Of a DNA stretch of 64,000 nucleotides, positions 37,478-46,932 are shown piece by piece. The notes below the pieces were generated by a model. The model searched no databases. It was given only the letters and a program-made list of their open reading frames with translations, and was not told the origin of the DNA. The position numbers and the translations under genes were made by a program. Where the stretch lies: positions 11,541-75,540 of IMG/VR virus record IMGVR_UViG_3300031962_000002, one strand, 5' to 3'. The first letter of the stretch is position 1; the number at the start of each line of letters is the position of its first letter. Source of the stretch: a virus.

Positions 37478-40400
37478 GGGTTGGATTGCATTGAAGGCGT
37501 GTAATAAACAGTAATCGACTTCATCGGATTACGATCAGTTCCGTTGTAAACTACAGTCATAAAGGCGCTCTGTCCTCTCACTCTTCTGGCGGAGTTATAT
37601 TTTGATTGAATTAAGGCATTTGGACCAGTGAAATTCTGATCCTGCATCCATCGGAAGAAAGCCGATCTCCATACTCGGTCACTTTCTCTTAGTATAAAGT
37701 CCGAGTAATTTATTTGAGTTTGCAGGGTATCACCATTCTTGTGGTACAACTGGATAATCACTTCATTTGAACCGCTTGTCACGTAAATATTTTCCACATC
37801 TACTTCAACGCCATCCCAGATGTGAATGAGTGTGCGAAGTGGCGAAAACTCCATATCTAGTTGACGATTATACTGCACTCCAAAGAACTTGTTGTAATTT
37901 CCTTCAATGCTTTGAATCCAGCATCCCCCGTTAAGGAAAGCAAATTGATTTTGGTTTAAAACTCCAAAAAATTCAGGCAACATGCTACTTTGAAATATCC
38001 ATGAATTAGATTTCTCATGGAAGTATAGCGTAATGCCTGAAGGTCCAGAAGTGTCAATGAAACTAATGCAGTAACAGTCGTATTGAGGATCCCAGCCTGC
38101 TATTATTCGGCTTGTTGCAAGGGTGGCATGGGTGTTACAAAGAGTGCTTATAAGTCCCTTAACGCCATAGTCTGAAATTACATAAAGACCATCCTGGGCT
38201 CGGCGAACAACAACTCCTTTTCTAATATCCAGGTAATATACCTTCCCTTCTCTTGCTACTACACTGGCTGGATGGAGTGATCCGTGCCCTCCTAAATACT
38301 TTCTCGCATCTCCAATTACATTATCTGTCTTTGTCAAAAACAAATTCGCGTTTGATGTCTGCACAAATCCCTGTCCTACATAAACCGCTTCTGTCTCTAC
38401 TTCTTGAACCGCGACAAGGACTTCGCCTGCTTCCGCTAGTCTGGTTCCGGCGCCATTTTCAATAGGAAGTGCTTGTTCATCTAAGGCATAGAAAGTATTA
38501 AGACCAAGGAAATTGGCATTCAGGATGAACTGTTGCCCAAATCTAAGATATGTGTACTTGTTGATTTGTCGTGAATCGCTTTTGACCAATGATCGCCCAG
38601 CATCGGTTATCCACTGCGGAAATACTTTCTCCCAAACGGACATATCTTCGAGTGGTTGTAGAAATGATGAGTTTGGTTGAACAATGTAGGCATTAGATGC
38701 TGCAAATGGGTCTGTTGCGCTGTACGATCCACCGCCAGTAGGAGGGCAACTATATATTTCGTGAATGCCTATTTCAATGTCACCATCCAAATCAAAGGTT
38801 GTCCCATTGATATTTGTAATTCCGGTTTCAAAAAATGGCGCTTGAGTTGCCTTTATTGGGGTATATATCTGAAATCTGAAATTTGTAGATAGTGTGGTGC
38901 TTAATGGATTTAATTCTGATAGAACTCTGGTAAACACAAATCTGCCATCTTGGGCTAAAATTTCCACGTCAATGACATGATAGGTGTTATCTAAATTTAA
39001 GTAATCATAAATTTTTATTCTGTCACCGGCATTAAACGTGTATCCTCTTTTCTCCTTTGTGAGTGCTGATATGTCGATAGCGGTTCCTTCGGCTGCAATA
39101 GCTGATAAATCTTTGTTGTATGTGTAAACTCCAGAGCCATCTTGTTTATAAAAATAAATGTCTTGTGTGAATTGAGACAGAAAAAAGCTACTTGTTAACT
39201 CCTTTGTACACACAATGCTCCTTCTAACCGCCCACGTTGGAATGTCAGCCGCTATCGCTGTTAAATCGACATGTATTTTATACTTATTATTTGATTCTGG
39301 AATTGTAATCGTGTTATCACATTTCACCCCTGAATGTCTTCCGGCAAAATCAAAAAACATAACACCTACATTGTACCTTCCTCCGCCTTTTGCTACTCGA
39401 ATAACTTTTGTTACGCTTTCTCCATTGACAAAATTAGGAGTGACATTGGTCAATGAAAGTGTTACTTGTGTCGTTGTGTTGTGGGTGTAACCTTCCGTGT
39501 TGTTGAAAAGAAATGTCCTGTTCTTAAATATTTTTAGAGATTTTGTTTTCAGTGGGATGTTGTCGTTCCAAACAAATGTGTCGGCATCTGGAACAGTGAA
39601 TAGATAACTGGTATTGTAGAAAGTATGTGACGATGTGAATGCGCCTGTTTTCTCTATTTTATAAACGAAAAATTCATTTGAACCATTAACTCTAACGGCA
39701 TACTCAATTTGAATTACTGTGGCTGGCGGAGTGACAGGTCTTGTGATCGTCATGTAATTCGGACCAGTGAGATTAGTTCTAACTACAGTCCCTCCGATGG
39801 GAACGTTTAAGAACCATACTTGCGAAAAATTTTTAACCCCTCCTTTTACATACACTGTTGTTGGCGTTGAACTAATATCTGGTGAATCTGTAGCCTTGGT
39901 CCATGCTCCTGTTGCTTTAACCCAAATTCCATTTTCACCAATATTTGTCTGATTTGTTAAAAGAATCCTGTCTCCAACTGTTGGCGTGACTTCTCCGTCC
40001 ACAGCATAATTGCCTGTTACAGCTTGATTCACATGTGATGCATAATCTACATCAATCCCAGTTGGATGTAACCATCCATTGCAAACTAAACTTGCCGAGT
40101 TAAATACGCTATAGTCGTAGTCTTCATAGACATACCGGTAGAAAAACTGAAAATAACTTCCTGAAATAAAGTTTATTGAAGTTGAAGTATCGTATCCAAG
40201 TGCCCATGTTAAAGGAGCAAGCGGAGGTGGTTTTATAAACGTCAATTCAACGGCAAGCGGAGTATATGTTCCCCCTGCAATTGCCTTCAATACGTTTATT
40301 TTCTGAATATCGATCCCATTGTTAGTAAATATCAGAATATCCCCGACGATGTCCATGTCCACAAAATCAGTCTGTGCCCATGCGAATAATGCCGTCCGCA

Positions 40401-40728
40401 TGACCAATGTGATAGCGCCTGTTGCACCTGAATATTGGTAGATTGAATTGTTTGCTGCTGTATTATTCCATCCAGCGAAAAAAAGACGATTAGACTTTTT
40501 ATCCTGAACACATCCGATGATTTGATTCGTGCCTGACGGAAGTGAATTTGCGACTAACTGATTTCCAATGAGACTACAAACAATTGATTCAGCCGCATTC
40601 GCGTAAGAGGTAGAATAAGGTTGAATTGGAGAACCGTTGGTGAGTTTACGGTAGTCTCCTGGCTGCATGGCTCGACAGTCTGCATCCAAGTTCATTTTTT
40701 GGAATCGTTGATGCCATGATTGGTTCAT
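37474..40728 (-). CDS. Tail stabilisation/muzzle (nozzle) protein, P22 gp10/crAss-like
   Basis: MNLDAD N-terminus, FQFFYRYVYEDYDYSVFNSAS and YYLDIRKGVVVR...ISDYG. Confidence 0.8.
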   Translation of the reverse strand: MNQSWHQRFQKMNLDADCRAMQPGDYRKLTNGSPIQPYSTSYANAAESIVCSLIGNQLVANSLPSGTNQIIGCVQDKKSNRLFFAGWNNTAANNSIYQYSGATGAITLVMRTALFAWAQTDFVDMDIVGDILIFTNNGIDIQKINVLKAIAGGTYTPLAVELTFIKPPPLAPLTWALGYDTSTSINFISGSYFQFFYRYVYEDYDYSVFNSASLVCNGWLHPTGIDVDYASHVNQAVTGNYAVDGEVTPTVGDRILLTNQTNIGENGIWVKATGAWTKATDSPDISSTPTTVYVKGGVKNFSQVWFLNVPIGGTVVRTNLTGPNYMTITRPVTPPATVIQIEYAVRVNGSNEFFVYKIEKTGAFTSSHTFYNTSYLFTVPDADTFVWNDNIPLKTKSLKIFKNRTFLFNNTEGYTHNTTTQVTLSLTNVTPNFVNGESVTKVIRVAKGGGRYNVGVMFFDFAGRHSGVKCDNTITIPESNNKYKIHVDLTAIAADIPTWAVRRSIVCTKELTSSFFLSQFTQDIYFYKQDGSGVYTYNKDLSAIAAEGTAIDISALTKEKRGYTFNAGDRIKIYDYLNLDNTYHVIDVEILAQDGRFVFTRVLSELNPLSTTLSTNFRFQIYTPIKATQAPFFETGITNINGTTFDLDGDIEIGIHEIYSCPPTGGGSYSATDPFAASNAYIVQPNSSFLQPLEDMSVWEKVFPQWITDAGRSLVKSDSRQINKYTYLRFGQQFILNANFLGLNTFYALDEQALPIENGAGTRLAEAGEVLVAVQEVETEAVYVGQGFVQTSNANLFLTKTDNVIGDARKYLGGHGSLHPASVVAREGKVYYLDIRKGVVVRRAQDGLYVISDYGVKGLISTLCNTHATLATSRIIAGWDPQYDCYCISFIDTSGPSGITLYFHEKSNSWIFQSSMLPEFFGVLNQNQFAFLNGGCWIQSIEGNYNKFFGVQYNRQLDMEFSPLRTLIHIWDGVEVDVENIYVTSGSNEVIIQLYHKNGDTLQTQINYSDFILRESDRVWRSAFFRWMQDQNFTGPNALIQSKYNSARRVRGQSAFMTVVYNGTDRNPMKSITVYYTPSMQSNP

Positions 40729-40731
40729 AGC

Positions 40732-41526
40732 TTAAAGGACTGGTGCTAAATGATAGGTGTCTCTCAGAACTTCCATAACGTCTTCTGCGCGAAGAGGGAA
40801 TAATCTTCCTTGAACCGCGTAAAATTCCTGCCAGTAGTTCTTTTCTGAAAGTTGTTTTTCGGCCATGTTTGAACTTCTCGAAAAATAGTGTCTCCATCTA
40901 TGGATGCCAAGTTCAATCAGTTTGCCGGCATAAACATTCACGCAAATTTGTTCGGTTGGATTAATGCCAGTGGAAATGTATTCCATATAAATTGGAGTCG
41001 ATGAATTTAGGCTTATGTTGAATTGGATTTCTCCACGTTCACGATTTATCTTAAATTCTCCAACGCCGTTACTTTTTACAGCAAGTCCGAATAATTTACC
41101 CGTATCCATGAATCTGCTATCCAGATTGTAAAATAAAAACCGTGTTATATCCGTTGGATCGGGCAGAGAATTGGAACCTACTTCTGGGGCTGGTGAACCA
41201 TTTGGAGGAACGTTATTCGGGAGATTCAAAGAAATCCTTCGATCGTTTGTGAAAAGTCGAATTTGTTTGTTGAATTCTACGCCGATCATTACATAATCGA
41301 CAAAATCATCCGGAAGTATTACGGCTTTCCAAGGTGTGAGGGTTAATACAACAGTCTTGATTATTGCATCGAGATCAAATTGGAAACTTTTATAAGTGTC
41401 TAAAGCCCATTTGCGATAGGACTCATATCTATGCATCGTCTCACCAGTATCCATCAAAGCATTTTTGATACACTCATCCAGTGTCACAAAACCTTTCTGC
41501 TTGCCGCCTTGTTTTGTCTGGCTCAT
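40732..41526 (-). CDS. Tail ring/adaptor protein (crAss-like)
   Basis: LPDDFVDYV motif and MEYISTG; lies upstream of the muzzle gene. Confidence 0.7.
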   Translation of the reverse strand: MSQTKQGGKQKGFVTLDECIKNALMDTGETMHRYESYRKWALDTYKSFQFDLDAIIKTVVLTLTPWKAVILPDDFVDYVMIGVEFNKQIRLFTNDRRISLNLPNNVPPNGSPAPEVGSNSLPDPTDITRFLFYNLDSRFMDTGKLFGLAVKSNGVGEFKINRERGEIQFNISLNSSTPIYMEYISTGINPTEQICVNVYAGKLIELGIHRWRHYFSRSSNMAEKQLSEKNYWQEFYAVQGRLFPLRAEDVMEVLRDTYHLAPVL

Positions 41527-42164
41527 ACTTTAACTGGTTGTGATGGTATCGGTTGACCATCCAGTATGCGATCTTGAGGCGCCATCGTCTTCAGCATCAT
41601 TCGCACTTCTTTTATTATCTCGGTTTGATGTTCCGGGAAAATTGGCAAAACGTCATCTGGTCCAACTGAATCAGGACTTGCTACAACTAAGTCTACAAGA
41701 ACTTTTCCTAAAATTGGCCCATCATTGTCGAAGTAAACATTAAGTCCTTTGTTCCAGTAGCTAAATTGGCCTGGATCAAGATCGGCACATGGAAGATCTT
41801 TGCTGACTGCCGGACTTAATCTAGGGATACCGTGATTCGTAGGGTCGTCCACAGGCGCAACCGCCGCCAGTCCTTTGTTGAAAGGAAGGCTCATGTAGAA
41901 TTCAGGGAGTGTGATATATTTTTGGGCTTTTTGTCCGTATTTCTGTGTTTGAACTGTCACCGTATACGTGACCACCATCAACTGCAATAGACTTCTATCA
42001 TCGGAGGCTAGTTTCTCATAAATACGTGGCGCAAGCACTGTATTGGAAGCCTGACGGATGTATTGAATAACATACAGTTCAGACAGATTGGAATCGACGC
42101 TTTGAGCTCCCCCGCTTTCGAGTTCGATTATTTCTCTAGCCAATTTTCGAAGTGTGATGCTCAT
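41523..42164 (-). CDS. Tail ring/tubular protein
   Basis: Tandem ring-gene cluster; LPIFPEH motif. Confidence 0.6.
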   Translation of the reverse strand: MSITLRKLAREIIELESGGAQSVDSNLSELYVIQYIRQASNTVLAPRIYEKLASDDRSLLQLMVVTYTVTVQTQKYGQKAQKYITLPEFYMSLPFNKGLAAVAPVDDPTNHGIPRLSPAVSKDLPCADLDPGQFSYWNKGLNVYFDNDGPILGKVLVDLVVASPDSVGPDDVLPIFPEHQTEIIKEVRMMLKTMAPQDRILDGQPIPSQPVKV

Positions 42165-43018
42165 ACTGTGCTGGCTTCAATGGGTATCTGGGGTTGTCCA
42201 AATCTTTGTACTTGCATATCCCTAAATGTCAAACCAAGAATTGCGCATGCATCTTTCGCTAACCGGTCCAAGCATTGTGGAGGCCATCCAACATCAGTAC
42301 TTAACGCATCATTGTAAACATATTGAGTAGTCGATGTCACGGCTGAAAAAGTTATTGTAGCGTCTCCAGTTCCAGACGATTTCGTTAAAGTACCGCTGGC
42401 AGTTGGGCCAGTTCCTGGACTTGTGCAAATTAAAGTAGTCGCACCCGCTATTGTGTTTACAACTGTAAATGTCTGACCGTTGTTTGTGTAGGTAGCCCCC
42501 ACAGTTGCATTTGCAGAGGTAACAGTAAAAGTATAAGTCAGCGTTGTAACATAAATAGGTTTGACTGGTCTTATGAAATAATTGAAGACCACTGGTGTAA
42601 CCTGATCGGACAATTCTAGTTGTTGAGCGGTGCCGTCATTGAATATGTTAGCGATCAAATTTGTGGTGCTGTGAACGTCAATCGGATCTCGAAGTCTACG
42701 CCTGAATACTCCAGCCTCAAATATCCGTATCTCGTAGTTGACTCCACCTACCAACGCCCAAAGATCCATTTCATGTAAATAGTCGGAAGGAAGTGGGCCA
42801 AGGTTGTTGGTGATTGCAATATTCGCCCTCTTCATGAAAGGGAAAAGTTCGTTCCTGACTTTTTTTGTTTTAGCAAATTCACTGACAAGTTCGCGAAAGA
42901 AACTCATTTGCGCGAAGTCTATCGCTTGCATCACTTGGTCATCGGAATAGTAAGTTGTGACTCCTTTGTCAGTGGCAAGGGATATTATGTCGTAAATCTG
43001 TTTTGCGAGCTTTGCCAT
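42161..43018 (-). CDS. Tail ring protein with an inserted fibre-type module
   Basis: AIDFAQMSFF, LPSDY and YFIRPVKP, plus a T-rich insert. Confidence 0.65.
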   Translation of the reverse strand: MAKLAKQIYDIISLATDKGVTTYYSDDQVMQAIDFAQMSFFRELVSEFAKTKKVRNELFPFMKRANIAITNNLGPLPSDYLHEMDLWALVGGVNYEIRIFEAGVFRRRLRDPIDVHSTTNLIANIFNDGTAQQLELSDQVTPVVFNYFIRPVKPIYVTTLTYTFTVTSANATVGATYTNNGQTFTVVNTIAGATTLICTSPGTGPTASGTLTKSSGTGDATITFSAVTSTTQYVYNDALSTDVGWPPQCLDRLAKDACAILGLTFRDMQVQRFGQPQIPIEASTV

Positions 43019-43578
43019 TATGCAACGGCATTCTTTCCGAAAGGTCTTAGTGTAGCTGCTCTGAACAATCTAACATTGCCAGCCGTGGTGATTGCAATGG
43101 ATTTGATAATTCCTGGAAACACATAAAGTTTACCTTGAAGGAAGTTTTCAAGGGTTTCATTGCCCCCTTGTCTGTTTGGGTCCCAATAAGTCAGGGCTAC
43201 ATTTGCTGCCGTCAGGTCTGCCCCCATAGCCATGAATCCATCCCAGGCTCCCAAACCGCCTGTTATATCCCAGTTGCCTGTTACATCTGTTGGGGCCTGA
43301 TAGGCTATTTCAAGGATGATTTGGTTTGAAGCAACGACAATATCTTTGATGTGATGTAACCCATTCAGCCACGCATCAAGATTGGTAAGGTTAATAGGCA
43401 TCCCTTTTGTCAATCCTGTGACTGAATTAACCGTAATGGCTGTATAGCCACTCCATTTGCCACTTATTGATTTCGCATCCGAGACGGCTGATACAGTGCC
43501 AGTGGCTTGTGCGATACCTACATCATCGGTTCCTTTGTCTGCCGCTGTGAGTGAGAAAAATTTATCTTTTGACCCCAT
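43018..43578 (-). CDS. Hypothetical structural protein
   Basis: Beta-rich 186-aa ORF coupled to the ring genes. Confidence 0.55.
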   Translation of the reverse strand: MGSKDKFFSLTAADKGTDDVGIAQATGTVSAVSDAKSISGKWSGYTAITVNSVTGLTKGMPINLTNLDAWLNGLHHIKDIVVASNQIILEIAYQAPTDVTGNWDITGGLGAWDGFMAMGADLTAANVALTYWDPNRQGGNETLENFLQGKLYVFPGIIKSIAITTAGNVRLFRAATLRPFGKNAVA

Positions 43579-43595
43579 GTTATTTTATGGTTTTG

Positions 43596-43757
43596 TTAAG
43601 GCCCAGTTTCCAATTCAATGTTTCCAGTTCCGGTTTCAAGTTGGATGTGACCAGTCCCTGACTCCAACGCAATGTCAGAACCGCTTCCGCCACCTCCACC
43701 ACCGCCATTGGCGAGACTTGGTGGTTCCCACATTTGAGCAATCAAATCCAGTTCCAT
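43596..43757 (-). CDS. Small protein with Gly linker and three (I/L)xLE(S/T)G repeats, 53 aa
   Basis: Translated by hand: MELDLIAQMWEPPSLANGGGGGGGSGSDIALESGTGHIQLETGTGNIELETGP. Confidence 0.6.
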   Translation of the reverse strand: MELDLIAQMWEPPSLANGGGGGGGSGSDIALESGTGHIQLETGTGNIELETGP

Positions 43758-43766
43758 GTTGTAAAG

Positions 43767-44459
43767 TTAGTTAATCTTAACCTTCGAACCACTCCATTTG
43801 ATTTTTGTGCGTCCTCCCGAGTTGGGGTGACTGGTGAACGCTTTTGTCTGCTTTTTTGTGGAAGTCCAAGGGGTATTTTCAAACGACTGCTGGCGGGGGA
43901 TAGATTGAGACGCGGGTTTAACGGGCTTTTGGACGGAAGTCACTGGCCGAGTGATTGTTTCTTTTGTAACAGTTGGCTTTCCGGGGATTGGTATCTTAAT
44001 TTTTGCTTGTTTGTACGTGGTTTCATGCCTTCCTGAATACTCTTCTTTGCCTTTATAGTTATAGGAAGTTTGACCTTCTTTCTGCGCATTCATGCGCATT
44101 TGAGTTTTTTCAGGCTTTTCGTGCCGTAGTGCGCCGCTTGCCATGGAGGTTTTTTCATCCACTGGTTTGTTGCCGTGAAAGGAACCTGGCACAAATGTTT
44201 TTTGAGGTACACTGATAGGGCGATCTTCGTAAGTTGTCGGTGTCGATGGGCCTGGTTTTTCAATAGTCTGCGACTTCATGCCCACATTCACTGTGCTGCC
44301 GCGTGACAGATTTTGACCCGGATTGGTTGGATCCGCAATTTTCCCTTTGCTTTTGATTTTGTAACTACCTCCCTGCGCTATTGAGGCCATGCCTCTTTCG
44401 TCTTTCGCCTTACGTGATAACAAGTTTATCTTGGCGAATGGTGGCTTGGTATCTGGCAT
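43767..44459 (-). CDS. Basic, K/P/T-rich disordered protein
   Basis: 230-aa ORF; first gene of the minus-strand structural operon. Confidence 0.6.
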   Translation of the reverse strand: MPDTKPPFAKINLLSRKAKDERGMASIAQGGSYKIKSKGKIADPTNPGQNLSRGSTVNVGMKSQTIEKPGPSTPTTYEDRPISVPQKTFVPGSFHGNKPVDEKTSMASGALRHEKPEKTQMRMNAQKEGQTSYNYKGKEEYSGRHETTYKQAKIKIPIPGKPTVTKETITRPVTSVQKPVKPASQSIPRQQSFENTPWTSTKKQTKAFTSHPNSGGRTKIKWSGSKVKIN

Positions 44460-44530
44460 AGTTGTAATTGTTTAGTAAAAATTGCAAATTTGGACAACAT
44501 TTACAAATAACCATTTTAACCCCAAACAAA

Positions 44531-44791
44531 TTGCAACAATCAGATGTCGATAATGCCGAAGCGCTAAAAGCCGCTCCGCTTGCATTGAAATTGGTAAAGG
44601 AACTTGCTTTAAGGGTTGAGAAACTCGAAAATGCCGTTCTTGGGGAATTGCCAGCCGCACCAACTTCGGCCAGCGTGATTCCTGAAGTAAGTGATCTAGT
44701 TAAGGAGGAAACTCCGGCTGAAGAACCAGCAACTATCGAGACTCCGGCGCCTGTTGATGCACCCGCCGAGCCATCCGTAGAAGGACAATAA
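44531..44791 (+). CDS. Hypothetical protein (coiled coil with acidic P/E tail); TTG start
   Basis: The TTG at 44531 is preceded by the same 18-nt leader as groES. Confidence 0.55.
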   Translation: MQQSDVDNAEALKAAPLALKLVKELALRVEKLENAVLGELPAAPTSASVIPEVSDLVKEETPAEEPATIETPAPVDAPAEPSVEGQ

Positions 44792-44812
44792 CCATTTTAA
44801 CCCCCCATCAAA

Positions 44813-45127
44813 ATGATTAAAGCGCCTGAGGATAGAATTATCCTCAAACCAATTCCGCCTGAAACCGTCCTGAAATCTGGCCTTTTTATCCCTTTGGAGG
44901 CCCAAAAGGTCATATGGTGGGAAGTTGTCGCTATCGGCCCGCACGTTGCCAACCGGATAAAGATTGTCGGCGATAAAGTCACTGTCTTCCAAGATCCAGA
45001 AATAAAACTTGAACCCGGCATGTTGGTATTGATCGGAGAATCAGTAGGTATCGAGTTTGAAGATAAGGGAGAAAAATTCAAGGTGATACGGCACTCGTCT
45101 GTGGAACTTTACGATGACAAAAAATGA
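44813..45127 (+). CDS. groES: Co-chaperonin GroES-like
   Basis: KAPEDRIILKP, KSGLFIP, EVVAIGP and GEKFKVIR. Confidence 0.8.
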   Translation: MIKAPEDRIILKPIPPETVLKSGLFIPLEAQKVIWWEVVAIGPHVANRIKIVGDKVTVFQDPEIKLEPGMLVLIGESVGIEFEDKGEKFKVIRHSSVELYDDKK

Positions 45128-45276
45128 TCTGTGAACAGTGTAGCGTTGAAATTATCACCTTAATGGACCAAGTGAATCATGTTTGTCCTCAAAGTAGTTT
45201 GTGTCCAAAGGAATTTGTTTTGCCAGATATTGATGAAATTATTTTAAAACTTATTGAATTGGAGGATACTGAATGA
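45124..45276 (+). CDS. Small Cys-containing hypothetical protein, 50 aa
   Basis: Translated by hand (MICEQCSVEIITLMDQVNHVCPQ...). ATGA overlaps at both ends. Confidence 0.5.
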   Translation: MICEQCSVEIITLMDQVNHVCPQSSLCPKEFVLPDIDEIILKLIELEDTE

Positions 45277-45950
45277 CGCGCTATTCCTCCATCCGATTCA
45301 AACCGGCTGACCTTTTCCGCCACAAGACCTTCCAGAAGTTAAAGTCACGCCCTGACTGCGATAAACTCGTCAACTACATTCTTTTTCTTTATTCAAAGGA
45401 CAGTGAATTAATCCGCGAATTTGAGAACGACCTACAAGCCCGCAAGAATGAGGCAGCTAAAGATGCAGGATATGTGAAGGTTGGCGGAAAATGGGATAAT
45501 GATCTCGAAAAAGTGATGACCATTCGTGATTACAAAGTGCATGATGCCATCATGGAATTTCTGAAAATGCAAAAGCATGATGTGTTTACGGATATTCAGA
45601 TAACTGAGCAGGAGTTATTTGAATTTCAGTCTATGCGTTTCGCGCCAGTTCTCAAGAATAAAGCTAAAAAGAATCCATCGGCTGACGAAGAGAAAGCCAT
45701 CATTGAATCCACTTTAAAGAAAAGTACTTTGATGAAAGCCTGCGATGAACGCCGGGTTAGACTTGTCAGCCTGCGAGCAGAATTCTACGGAGATAACAAA
45801 GACGTGCAAGAGGCAGAATTCACCGAGCAAATTACTCCGGAAAAGGCGGAGCGAATTTTGGCGACACTTCCTGCTCCTTATGAACTTGAAATTTCAACTC
45901 CCGTAGTCGATAATCACCAATCTTCCATCCAACCATCCGAAAGAGTCTGA
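45273..45950 (+). CDS. Hypothetical protein (possible terminase small subunit-like)
   Basis: 225-aa helical ORF. The function is a guess. Confidence 0.5.
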   Translation: MTRYSSIRFKPADLFRHKTFQKLKSRPDCDKLVNYILFLYSKDSELIREFENDLQARKNEAAKDAGYVKVGGKWDNDLEKVMTIRDYKVHDAIMEFLKMQKHDVFTDIQITEQELFEFQSMRFAPVLKNKAKKNPSADEEKAIIESTLKKSTLMKACDERRVRLVSLRAEFYGDNKDVQEAEFTEQITPEKAERILATLPAPYELEISTPVVDNHQSSIQPSERV

Positions 45951-46280
45951 TTTTTTTTCACAAGGAAATTTGCTTTCTGGAAAATCTGGTTCAATTATTA
46001 AAAAATCATCAATGTTAATATGTGCGAGTTTGCCGTCTCGGCATTCTTGATCGGTCAATACTTTAACTCTTGGCATCACAATTATAAGGCATCCCAACGA
46101 ACACCACAAAACAGGGCATAGTTTTTTTGTCCACTTAAACATTCTGCTCCAATGCTGCTCTTGATCGTTAGCAAGAATTCCTTGCAGAAAGTGACGATAT
46201 GAATAAAATGATGGAAATTTTATGGCGTATTTTTTGGTGATTATTACCCACCTTGTGACACCAGTTTTAACTAATCTCAT
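45894..46280 (-). CDS. Small kinase-like hypothetical protein
   Basis: GVTRWV...YAIKFP...FGWLDGRLVIIDYG resembles a minimal protein-kinase-like fold. Confidence 0.5.
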   Translation of the reverse strand: MRLVKTGVTRWVIITKKYAIKFPSFYSYRHFLQGILANDQEQHWSRMFKWTKKLCPVLWCSLGCLIIVMPRVKVLTDQECRDGKLAHINIDDFLIIEPDFPESKFPCEKKSDSFGWLDGRLVIIDYGS

Positions 46281-46932
46281 TTTTCCTCCATCGTGGATGG
46301 TTGCTTTTGACATACTTCCTCTTCGGAATCTTTGGCGGATCACCATGAAATGGTGCATTGGGGTCAAAACCTCTTCCCCTCCATTCCGGATACTGCATGA
46401 CAAGATAGTATGTGATCTTTTTGTAGTTCTCTTCGCCAATCATTGAAAGCCACATTTCAAGATTATTATTCGCAGCGTGGAGGTTTTCAACGAATGCCTT
46501 AATCATCATTTTACCAAGTCCTGTCACCCGGTACAATCTCGCTCTATTTGCACTCAATGGAATATTTTCTACCAACCCTAATTTTGTCAATTCAGCCTTT
46601 CGCGCTGCGAATATCGCGCCACTCACATTCATTCCTTTGATGGCGGGATAGGCAGGGAAAGCAAATCCTTCTTTTGCTTCCTCACAGCGCTGCATCCAGC
46701 AAAGTTCTTGAAATCGAGTGTATTTAAGTTTTCCAGGTAGTTGATCTTTAAACTGACTTTTGGTTATTACCCAAGCTGGGTACATGAGCCCTACCAGTCT
46801 CCATACCTCGTCATTTATTCGGCTGTTGATAGGATAAATGTCGTTCAACTCTCCGTAACTCTTTCCAGAGAATAAAGGCATTTCTTTGCCGAACTTCCAC
46901 CGCTTTTTCTTGGGTTTATCTTCGTTCATCAA
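46267..46932 (-). CDS. Hypothetical protein, possible winged-helix DNA-binding domain
   Basis: LTKLGLVE...RLYRVTGLGK, a MarR-like wHTH pattern. Confidence 0.55.
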   Translation of the reverse strand: MMNEDKPKKKRWKFGKEMPLFSGKSYGELNDIYPINSRINDEVWRLVGLMYPAWVITKSQFKDQLPGKLKYTRFQELCWMQRCEEAKEGFAFPAYPAIKGMNVSGAIFAARKAELTKLGLVENIPLSANRARLYRVTGLGKMMIKAFVENLHAANNNLEMWLSMIGEENYKKITYYLVMQYPEWRGRGFDPNAPFHGDPPKIPKRKYVKSNHPRWRKNEIS

